IMG/VR virus record: IMGVR_UViG_3300042090_002485
Coordinates: 1-64,000 of that record
From: a virus
Length of the DNA stretch: 64,000 nt
Direction: 5' to 3' (one strand)
Within the stretch, counting starts at the first letter, position 1. Each line of letters opens with the position of its first letter. A program made the translations under genes and the position numbers. This document shows positions 53,741-62,004 of this stretch, piece by piece. A model generated the notes under the pieces. That model saw nothing but the letters and a program-made list of their open reading frames with translations, was not told the DNA's origin and did no database searches.

Positions 53741-54376
53741 TTATAGGTGCTTGTGCTTGCGCCGTTGTTTCAAGCGCTGGTGCCAGGCGACCTGTCTTCG
53801 ATGTGCCGCTTCTGGGACGCGATGACCGGTGTCTCTCGTCAAGTACTGCGTCGCGCGGTCAGCCCATCCAGGCTGTTCGATATGACTTAGCGCTTGGTTG
53901 CATCCTCCACACAATGCACCACGTATCGCTCGTGTTTGATGGTCGTGGTCGACGTCAGTAGGTTTTTCATTACACAACGCACACGTGCCGTCTTGGCTCG
54001 TGATGATCGCGTCCCAGTGGCGCTGTGATATGCCCTTCGATGTAAAGCGTCCGTGTGCTTGTTTATCAGGTATGCAGGTCTTGCAATACTTCTGGTTTGG
54101 CGACGTTGGTACAAATGGGTCTGAGCATAGTTTGCAATTGCGCGGCGCGTGAACGCGTTTGCGTTCTTGTTCCTTTTCGACGCGTTTCGCTTCTTTCTTG
54201 GAGCGCCTTACGCCTTGGCGTCCTAGAAACGCTGCAATTGCTCCCTTGGGAATCTTGAACGCGCGGCTAAGTGTTAGCGGCGACTCCCCGTTCTTGTACT
54301 CACGCAGAACGCGACGGCCGATTTTGCTCCAGGCGATTTTGGTACCGTCACGCGCCGCGGATCTCGATCGGGTCAT
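53741..54376 (-). mobile_element. free-standing Endonuclease VII-like homing endonuclease gene
   Basis: QDGTCALC...DVDHDH...IRGALCGGCN; visibly AT-richer than flanking DNA. Confidence 0.85.
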
Positions 54377-57300
54377 TCAGCGCGATCTCGCCGCGGTGAT
54401 AAGCCGCCATCGCCTCTTCCTGCGACGCGAAGTGCCGTGTCTTCTCGCGTGATGGCGCGCGGGTCGCGCGGTTAAGGCCCATCAGGCTCTCCATCTCGGG
54501 CGCGACGTTGAGCACGCCCGGCCGTTTGTCGGCGAAGATCATGCTCGACAGCGTCATCTTCTTGGCGTCTTCGACGCCGCCCGGCGTCACAGGCGCGTGG
54601 ATCTGCATCGCGTCGCCGTCGTAGTCGGCGTTGGTACCCTTCTCGGCGAATGGGTTGAGCTTGAGCGTCTTGCCGTCGACGACCTTGGGGTAGGCCGCGA
54701 TGATGTTGAAGCGGTGCAGCGATGGTGCGCGGTTGACCAGCACCGGACGTTCCTTGCTCTCGTTGAGCAGCTCCTGACGCGCGATCGGCGACTTGTCGTC
54801 GACCATCTTCTGCGCGTCAGTTGCGGCGTAGCCCCTGCGTACCAGCCGGCCAACGACGAACCGGCCGTACATTCGCCACAGCACACCCTCGGGAACTCCG
54901 ATTTCATCCATGTTGAGCGTAGGGTCAGGCGCAATCGTAGCACGGCCTGATACGTCTTGCTGTCTGCGCATTAATCTAGATTGGAAAAATCCACTACCTG
55001 GGCGTGTCCCCGTGATCGCCGCGATGTAGCCCTTGGCACCGCGCTTCTCCGCGCCGGGGCTGACCGGCTCGCCGACGCCAAACAGCGCGCCGACGGCGTC
55101 GTAGAGGTGGCGCCGCGGGTCAGCCAGCTCGGACTCGGGCAGCGTCTTCTTCGCCTCGCGCAGTTGGTCGCTGGCGAGGAACGCGTCCTTGTAGAGCAGG
55201 TTCGCGTCGCCGACCTGGAGGCGGCCGTCCTGCAGCGGCAGGATCGGGCGGATGACCGGCGGCGTCACCGGGACCTTCGTCAGGACGTAGGCGTTCGCCG
55301 GCTTGAGGTCGCGGTCCTTGAGTGCCTCGAGGTACTTGATCTGCTTGACGACGCCGTCGAGCGCGGGCCCGCGCGCGCGCCGCGACTCCTCGCGCAGCTC
55401 GGCGAGCTTGGCGTCCACGTCGATGTCGTCGAGCGCGCGCCGGAACCACTCGCCGCCGCGGCCGACACGCTCGGAGAACTCCTTCTGGGTCAGGCCGAGC
55501 AGGCGCCGCACCGGCTCCTCGAACACCGGGTTGACGATCGGCTCGTGCAGATCGACGTGCGACCACTTCGTGCCGGACATGCCGCCGGTGGTCGTCGGGT
55601 CGAACAGGCCGCCGGTCTCGGGGCGCAGGTCCTTGGCGCGAACGAGCTTGCTGGCGTCCTTGAGCGCGCCCGACGACATGCTCTTGATGTCGGCGTCGGT
55701 GAGCGGGCCGAGTGCGAGTCGCGAGCCGCTCTTGTCGACCTTGACGCCGGCCCCGGTGAGCATCGCGAGGAACTTGTCGTAGGCGAACGTGGTCTTGGGG
55801 GCGGGCGTGGGTAGGCCGAGCTGGACCGCGCGCCAGAACTCGTCACTGCGCTGACTCTTCACCGACGCGGCCTCGCGGAGGATGTTGCGGGCGTTGTGCG
55901 CGACCAATCCGTCAAATTCCATGCGGCCTAGCCCCTTGGCGCCGTCGTCGCCGCCGCGTGCTGGCTGCTGGTTGTAGTCGTAGCGCTCGGCGCCGTGCGC
56001 GGCCCAGTTGCTGTCCGTCGTCTTGAAGAGCTTGAGGATGTAGCTCTTGCCGACCACCACGTCGGGGATCTTCTTCCCTGTGATCGGATCGGACACGGTC
56101 TCCTTGTCCGTTAGCCCGTGTTCGGCGAGCAGCTTCTTGGCGTACTCTACATTGTCCCGTCCCGGGACGTACTGCGGTACGACGACGGGCTTGCCCGTCT
56201 TCTCGGCGACCTTGCCGAGCATCGTCTCTACGGTCTGCGCCGGGTTGATGCGCGATACGATGCCGGCCGACGTGAACAACAGGTCGACCGGTCGGCCGTC
56301 CTGGTCGTGGATCATCTGCTCGTCTGGGACGATCTTGGCGATGACCCCCTTGTTGCCGTAGCGGTTGCAGTTGCCGCACCAGGCGGGTTTGCCATTGCGG
56401 CGAACATACAGCACGTGCCCCGGCACGGTGAGGCAGTACACGGGTCGCGCGTAGTCTTCGATGAAGCCCTCTTCTTGCGCGTTCTGCTTCTTGGTGTGCC
56501 CGTGATTGATCTGCGGCTCGAGTTTCGTCGTCACGATGCTGACTTGGTAGAATGGACGCGCGTGGCTCGCCTTGCCCATGATCGTGACGGGGCCTCCCTC
56601 GTGGATCCGATCCACGTTGGCCGCCCAGCCCACGTGCAGGCAGAGGCGCTGGACGTCATCGGCTAGGCGTCGCGACACAGTGAAGTACGCGACGGGGCGC
56701 CCGCACGGCTTCGACGAGCCGTCTCCCCACATCAACCACTGGAACAGGATGCGCAACTGCGCTGGTGGCAGGTCGAAGACGTTGTCGGGGATGTACTTCT
56801 CGTGCGCGAGCCCGAATTGCGAGAAGTACGCGAGCAGTTGCTTGCCGTAGATTCTGATTTTCTCTGGTCCCGGATAGAACGCGATACCGGCGGCGCGCAG
56901 TGCGTCGATCAGCTGTTGTCGGTTGGGCTCGCGCGTCTGCGTGATGTCGATGCCGTACGTTCCGGGTTGGTCGAACGTATTTCCTTCGGAAAGGAATGCA
57001 CCGAGCAGCAGCAGGAACGTGTTCATCGGCATGCGCAGCGGTGGCAGCTCGCGGGTCCCGACACCGCCCTGCCCCGCGCGAACGGACATCGCGGGGAACT
57101 CGAATACGTCGACGTGCGTGCCCTGCCAGTTGCCGTTCTTCTTGAATTGGACGCGCTTGCCTGCAATCGCGTCGGCGCGCAGCAGCTCGAACTGATCGTG
57201 GTCGCGCCGCTTGACGTACATCTGGTGGTTGGCGGTGACTGCGAAGTCGACCTGTTGAGACCGCACCGCGTACATGCGCCCGCCGGTCGGGTAGGAGTGT

Positions 57301-59762
57301 GTGGCTTCTGGATTCGCGTAGGTGATTTGGTCGCCTTGAAGCGTGCAAACTTCGTCCTGTAGCGTCACGGCCGCGATCGGCTTCCACCCGCGACGCGTCA
57401 GAACTTCCGTCGCCTCGTCGAAGCAGAGCTTGTCCCCGATCTGCAGAGCCTCGGTCGTGCGCACCGACGCGGAGGCGCGATGCGGCGTCTTTGCGACGTC
57501 GACGACGTGCCCGGGCTGCTCGTGCGTCCAGCGCTCGACGACCTCCTCGAACGGCTTGACCAGCGACTTGGACAGCTTGCCGAGCAGCGCGGCGTCGCCG
57601 GTGACGCGGTTTGGGCGCACGCCGACGACGATTGGGTCGCCTTGGTGGAGAATCGCGCCGGGCTTCGCGACACCATCCTCGTCGAGGTTGGCGTACTGCG
57701 CGGCGGTGTACTTGTTGCCGAAGTAGGTCCGGTGCTTCTCGCGGCCGATTTCCGTCTCGCCGCTGCGCTCGACGCCGTGCTGGTACATGTGCTCGCTGAC
57801 GAGTTTGTCGGCGGCGCCCTGCGACACGACGATGCCATCGTTGGTGTTGAGGCCGCGGTAGGGCATGTACGCCACGCGCAGGTTGGTGCCGAGCGCGAGC
57901 GCACCGTCCTTGGTGAAGTTCGACTCGGCGAGCGGCTGGTCCTTCTCGACCTTGTCGCCGGCCTTCACCAGCAGCGTGTTGTGCAGCGCGGTCTTGGCCG
58001 CGAGCGGGAAGTCCTTGTCGTAGTGCAGCTTGTCGGGCGCCGCGGACGTCTTCTCGTCGTCGTGGCGGTCCGAGAGGTGGATGTAGTCGTCGTCGATCTT
58101 TGCCACGACGCCGGCGCGCCGCGCGGTCGGCACGACCTGCTTGACCATCTCGTGCTCGACCGAGACGCCGGGCTTCCACGACTCGACCTGCACGAGGGGC
58201 GCCTCGCGGTGGACGAGCGGCAGCGCCTGGCCCTGGTGCTTGCTGGCCATCAGCACGCGGTTGCCCTGGATGCCGTAGATGAGCGGCAGCAGGTTCGACG
58301 TCGGGCCGTAGAGGTCGGCGACGTGCTCGATCTGGTGCGTGACCTCGGACCCCGGGACCCTCTCGACCTTCCCTCGGTTCATCGCGTCGACCAGGCGACT
58401 CGCCTCGACGTTCTCGCCCGGGAACGCGACCACCGCCTTCTCCATGTCGGCGGCCTTGAGGAACGTCGACTTGCCCGTTCGCACGTCGCGGACGGGCGCG
58501 TAGAGGTTGCCCTTCTCGTCGCGGCGCGCGCCGATCGCGGCGCGCAGGTCGACGCCGATGGAGAAGCTCTCCGGTGACCGCGCCGGGTCGAGGATGCCCA
58601 TGTGGGTCGGGTGGACGTCGCGGGCCTCGAGTGGGATGGCGCGCTCCGACGGGATGGCGCCCTCGCCGAGCATCGTCACCTTCGACGCTTGGTCCATCAG
58701 CTCCATCGGGTTGATCTGCATCGGCACTGACGACAGCGACGTGCCGGTGAGCAGGCCGCGCACCGCGCCGGTGAACGGCCCGGCGGGCAGCGCCTTCTTG
58801 ACGTCGCCGCGCGCCGCGTCGAGCTTCCACCCCAGCTTGGTGCGCATCGCGCGGGCGCCGAGCTGGATGCGCTCCTTGACGAAGTCGTCCACCGAGTGGA
58901 GCGTCTTGAACGCGAGCGAGTCGCGGTCGTCGACGTCGGCCGCCGTCCGGTGGACGTCGAGCAGCTTCTTGCTGGCCGCGAGCATCGCGCTGGCCGACGC
59001 CTTGTCGTAGGGGTAGCCCAGCGTCTTGACGCAGACCTCTGGGTCCATGACGGTGTTGTCGAAGTAGTCGCGCAGCACGCGCGCCTTCTCGTCTTGCGTC
59101 GTCGCGGTCTGCTTCGCGGGGTGGACCAGCGTCGAGTACAGCTTGTCGACGTGTTTGTCCGGCGCCTTCCACGCGTCGCGGTTCATCTGTGCGATCTCGG
59201 AGCCCCACGCCGCCGCGATGTCCTGCTGCGGCACGCCGAGCGCGCGCAGCACGGGGTGCAGCGGAATCTTCGACGTGGTGTGTGAGGGCTGCATGTAGAG
59301 CAGGCCCTTCTCCGCGTCCATCGACACGCGGAAGTTCGCGCCGCGGGCGAGGTTGAACGTCGCTTCCAGCTCTTCGTTGCCGCGTCGGCGGACGTACGCG
59401 CCGGGCTTGGTACGCAGCTGGTTGGCGACCGAGTACTCCGTGCCGTCGACGATGAAGGTGTGGCGCGGCGTGAAGTACGGCAGCTGCATCAGCGTGAAGT
59501 CGCGCGCGGAGCTGACGGGCTGGCCCGCAGAGTCCTTGACGACGATGTCGCCACGGATGCGCTCGGACAGCGTGCGGCCCTCGAGCACGGCCGTCTTCTG
59601 CTCGCGCGATGAGAACTCGCGGGGCTCGACGCGGATGTTGGACAGCTCGAGCGTGTGCTTGCCCGCCTTGAGAGGGAACACCTGCGCGAGGGCCTCGGCC
59701 GCCTTCTTGCGGATGGCCTCGCGCCGGGTGGCAGCGTCTTCGATGACCGGGCGCAGGTTCAT
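54348..59762 (-). CDS. rpoBC: RNA polymerase beta fused to the N-terminal half of beta-prime; contains an intein
   Basis: beta: RDVHPTH, NRVLMAS.H..QALPL, LALGTN, GDKL/NRYGNKG, QQPARG, GRME. beta-prime: GGLFD, VPVTPPVIRP, SGRATI, NRAPSLH, NADYDGD (54612-54632). Confidence 0.96.
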   Translation of the reverse strand: MNLRPVIEDAATRREAIRKKAAEALAQVFPLKAGKHTLELSNIRVEPREFSSREQKTAVLEGRTLSERIRGDIVVKDSAGQPVSSARDFTLMQLPYFTPRHTFIVDGTEYSVANQLRTKPGAYVRRRGNEELEATFNLARGANFRVSMDAEKGLLYMQPSHTTSKIPLHPVLRALGVPQQDIAAAWGSEIAQMNRDAWKAPDKHVDKLYSTLVHPAKQTATTQDEKARVLRDYFDNTVMDPEVCVKTLGYPYDKASASAMLAASKKLLDVHRTAADVDDRDSLAFKTLHSVDDFVKERIQLGARAMRTKLGWKLDAARGDVKKALPAGPFTGAVRGLLTGTSLSSVPMQINPMELMDQASKVTMLGEGAIPSERAIPLEARDVHPTHMGILDPARSPESFSIGVDLRAAIGARRDEKGNLYAPVRDVRTGKSTFLKAADMEKAVVAFPGENVEASRLVDAMNRGKVERVPGSEVTHQIEHVADLYGPTSNLLPLIYGIQGNRVLMASKHQGQALPLVHREAPLVQVESWKPGVSVEHEMVKQVVPTARRAGVVAKIDDDYIHLSDRHDDEKTSAAPDKLHYDKDFPLAAKTALHNTLLVKAGDKVEKDQPLAESNFTKDGALALGTNLRVAYMPYRGLNTNDGIVVSQGAADKLVSEHMYQHGVERSGETEIGREKHRTYFGNKYTAAQYANLDEDGVAKPGAILHQGDPIVVGVRPNRVTGDAALLGKLSKSLVKPFEEVVERWTHEQPGHVVDVAKTPHRASASVRTTEALQIGDKLCFDEATEVLTRRGWKPIAAVTLQDEVCTLQGDQITYANPEATHSYPTGGRMYAVRSQQVDFAVTANHQMYVKRRDHDQFELLRADAIAGKRVQFKKNGNWQGTHVDVFEFPAMSVRAGQGGVGTRELPPLRMPMNTFLLLLGAFLSEGNTFDQPGTYGIDITQTREPNRQQLIDALRAAGIAFYPGPEKIRIYGKQLLAYFSQFGLAHEKYIPDNVFDLPPAQLRILFQWLMWGDGSSKPCGRPVAYFTVSRRLADDVQRLCLHVGWAANVDRIHEGGPVTIMGKASHARPFYQVSIVTTKLEPQINHGHTKKQNAQEEGFIEDYARPVYCLTVPGHVLYVRRNGKPAWCGNCNRYGNKGVIAKIVPDEQMIHDQDGRPVDLLFTSAGIVSRINPAQTVETMLGKVAEKTGKPVVVPQYVPGRDNVEYAKKLLAEHGLTDKETVSDPITGKKIPDVVVGKSYILKLFKTTDSNWAAHGAERYDYNQQPARGGDDGAKGLGRMEFDGLVAHNARNILREAASVKSQRSDEFWRAVQLGLPTPAPKTTFAYDKFLAMLTGAGVKVDKSGSRLALGPLTDADIKSMSSGALKDASKLVRAKDLRPETGGLFDPTTTGGMSGTKWSHVDLHEPIVNPVFEEPVRRLLGLTQKEFSERVGRGGEWFRRALDDIDVDAKLAELREESRRARGPALDGVVKQIKYLEALKDRDLKPANAYVLTKVPVTPPVIRPILPLQDGRLQVGDANLLYKDAFLASDQLREAKKTLPESELADPRRHLYDAVGALFGVGEPVSPGAEKRGAKGYIAAITGTRPGSGFFQSRLMRRQQDVSGRATIAPDPTLNMDEIGVPEGVLWRMYGRFVVGRLVRRGYAATDAQKMVDDKSPIARQELLNESKERPVLVNRAPSLHRFNIIAAYPKVVDGKTLKLNPFAEKGTNADYDGDAMQIHAPVTPGGVEDAKKMTLSSMIFADKRPGVLNVAPEMESLMGLNRATRAPSREKTRHFASQEEAMAAYHRGEIALNDPIEIRGA
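56370..57425 (-). mobile_element. 352-aa intein with a LAGLIDADG endonuclease, inserted in the beta GDK-x-GNKG motif
   Basis: GDKL|CFDEATEVLTRRGW...VRRNGKPAWCGN|CNRYGNKG; LLGAFLSEG and LMWGDGS blocks. Confidence 0.93.
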
Positions 59763-59786
59763 GGTGTTTCTTGGTAGAAGAGGTTG

Positions 59787-60158
59787 CTACGGGATCCTTC
59801 GCGGCAGCACGGGCGCTTCAGCATCGCCCGCGTCCTGATCCGGCCTGGCCTGCGGGAGCTGGCGCGGCGTCAGGTAGCAGACCGCTACGATGAAGTCGCC
59901 GTCCTTGGTGAACGTCTTCTCCTCGTAGCGGATGGTCGCTTCGCCGCGCAGCACCTTGTTGAGCACGTCCTCGTACTCCCCGCGGTCACCTGGCAGCCCG
60001 AACAGCTGCACATGCGCGTCGAACTCCAGTTCGGGGCCCATCTTGCGCGGGTTGCCCTCGAACGCGACCCGACCAGGCCCGCCAAACATGCCAGCAACGT
60101 CGCTGGCTCCGCGCTGGGCCTTCGCGATGGACGCTACGAAGTCGTCTTCTTCAGCCAT
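59787..60158 (-). CDS. hypothetical protein
   Basis: Lies between portal and RNAP; typical codon usage. Confidence 0.7.
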   Translation of the reverse strand: MAEEDDFVASIAKAQRGASDVAGMFGGPGRVAFEGNPRKMGPELEFDAHVQLFGLPGDRGEYEDVLNKVLRGEATIRYEEKTFTKDGDFIVAVCYLTPRQLPQARPDQDAGDAEAPVLPRRIP

Positions 60159-60170
60159 CGTTGCATCCTA

Positions 60171-61952
60171 TCAGGCAGTAGCCGGGGGAGCACCGCCGCC
60201 CGATGGGTCTCCACCCTGCCGCATCGCCGTGATGGCGTCGTGGTTCTGGGCGGTGGTCTGCGCTTGGAGCCGTTCCTTGACCACGGCGTACATCACGAGG
60301 TCCTCGCTCTGCAGCGCATGCATCTGCGATTGACGTGAGCCGGGGTCAAGAGCTGCCATCTGCTGGACGATCTGATCGGCCTGCGCGATCACGGCCTGCT
60401 GGTCGTACGACAGGCCCTGCTGCCCCAGCTGCGCCTGCGAGCGCGCCTGCGTGGCCAGCGAATTCTGCCGCTTCATCAGCTCCTGCTGCAGCTCCTGCGC
60501 GGTGCGGGCGTCCTCGAGGGCCTCCTGCTTGCGCCACTTCCGCTCGTCCGCGGGGTCGACCTCGAAGGCCTCGCCGAGCGTCCGCTTGGACAGCCACGGC
60601 CCGGTCGTCGGGTCGGCCATGTTGAGCTGCAGCAGCAGGGCCTTCTGCTGGACGTCGTCGATGAACCGGAAGGGCGCGAGCGAGACCTGGACGGTGCCGC
60701 GACCGAGCTGCTTGGCGGACTTGTCCGTGATCCACTGCAGGAGGTCGTTGAGATCGCCGGTCTGGTGGACGAGCTGGTTCTCGAGCACGCGCAGCTGGAT
60801 GCCGGAGCCCATCGCGGAGAAGCCGCCGTAGATGAACTCCTTGGGCAGGCCCATGGCCGCGATGATGTTGTCCTCCGCAGCCTGGACCTCGCCGAGCGTC
60901 ATCAGTGCGCGCGCCTGGCCGCCGAGGTGCGTGACCTCGGCGGGGACCGGCGACCACATGATGTGGAGAGGGTCGCGGCGCCACTTCTTGACGCTGTCCT
61001 TCATCTGCGCCGACCACTTGGCGAGGTTGATGGTGACCAGCGGGTCGCCGTTGGGCGAGGACTGCTTGGGCGAGATGATGCGGAGCGGGACGATGTAGTC
61101 CAGCGCGATCGCCTCATTCGCCTTGCGCAGCACGGCTGCGTAGAAGAACAGCTTGATCGTCGACGCCAGCGGCGGGAAGCCCCACTGGGCCTCGATGCCA
61201 GCAGGTGCGTCCATACGCATGTGGAAGATCTGGCCCTCGGCGAACTTGAAGATCTTGTCCTCGCGGATGGCCTTCAAGAACTCCATCGGCATCGTGTCGA
61301 TGAGGTGCTTGTTGCCCTTCGCGCAGCGCTCCTTCAGCTCCTTGGGGATGGTGTAGAAGTACTCGCTGTGCCCGGTGATGGGGTTGTAGTCGATATCCAT
61401 CAGCTTCGGGTCCCAGCGGATCACCGAGAGCCGATCCTTGCGCGTGATCTTGCGGTCGACGATGTTCTTTTCGCTCGCGTCGACGCGCGTGCTGCATCCG
61501 CTGCACTCGTAGTTGAACGAGAGCTTCTTGAGCTTGAACTTGTAGTTGACCTGGTGGACGTTGGTTAGCCGCGCACACCGCGGGCACTTGAGGAAGCGCA
61601 CGAATGGCGCGTACATCGAGAAGAACGCATTGCCGTAGACGAACTTGTCGATGGCGGCTCGGATCAATGTCCGCTTCGTCTTCAAGACCTTGTCGTGCAG
61701 GTCCTCGAAGAACTGCTTGAGCGATTCGTTCTGGGTCTCGTAGATCAGGTTCGTGATCGGGTACGTGCAGAACTTCTGCAGCGCCGCGTAGATCTGCGCG
61801 CTGTTGAAGTAGAGGTACTCGCACAGCCGGAAGAGGTCCTTGAGCTTCCGCGGCGCGAACGCCGTGAGGAAATCGAAGAGCGGACTGCCCTGCGAAGCGC
61901 TGTTGTGCGACGCGAGTTCCGCGACGCCGGGGTCGAGCATTCCGTCAGGCAT
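60171..61952 (-). CDS. probable portal protein
   Basis: 593 aa; VYGNAF, IFHMRM...WG.PPL...F....LRKANEAIA..IVPLRII, Q-rich C-terminus; first gene of the morphogenesis block. Confidence 0.68.
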   Translation of the reverse strand: MPDGMLDPGVAELASHNSASQGSPLFDFLTAFAPRKLKDLFRLCEYLYFNSAQIYAALQKFCTYPITNLIYETQNESLKQFFEDLHDKVLKTKRTLIRAAIDKFVYGNAFFSMYAPFVRFLKCPRCARLTNVHQVNYKFKLKKLSFNYECSGCSTRVDASEKNIVDRKITRKDRLSVIRWDPKLMDIDYNPITGHSEYFYTIPKELKERCAKGNKHLIDTMPMEFLKAIREDKIFKFAEGQIFHMRMDAPAGIEAQWGFPPLASTIKLFFYAAVLRKANEAIALDYIVPLRIISPKQSSPNGDPLVTINLAKWSAQMKDSVKKWRRDPLHIMWSPVPAEVTHLGGQARALMTLGEVQAAEDNIIAAMGLPKEFIYGGFSAMGSGIQLRVLENQLVHQTGDLNDLLQWITDKSAKQLGRGTVQVSLAPFRFIDDVQQKALLLQLNMADPTTGPWLSKRTLGEAFEVDPADERKWRKQEALEDARTAQELQQELMKRQNSLATQARSQAQLGQQGLSYDQQAVIAQADQIVQQMAALDPGSRQSQMHALQSEDLVMYAVVKERLQAQTTAQNHDAITAMRQGGDPSGGGAPPATA

Positions 61953-61953
61953 G

Positions 61954-61968
61954 GTTTACCTCGTAAAC
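61954..61968. promoter_or_regulatory. perfect palindrome GTTTAC-CTC-GTAAAC in the portal/helicase divergent gap
   Basis: 1 nt from the portal ATG; same core as 12629 and 18091. Confidence 0.6.
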
Positions 61969-62004
61969 ACGCAGGGCCTCTCCGTGATAGAAAGGCATCG
62001 TCAC

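Noticed and set aside
51101-59762. Host chromosomal rpoBC operon or a host-phage chimeric contig
   Set aside because: No rplL/rpsL context, very divergent sequence, missing Zn domain, and interleaving with tagged phage genes
18315-61952. Stop-codon reassignment (seen in some jumbo phages)
   Set aside because: Conserved genes are full length under code 11, and TAG, TGA and TAA all end genes with normal overlaps
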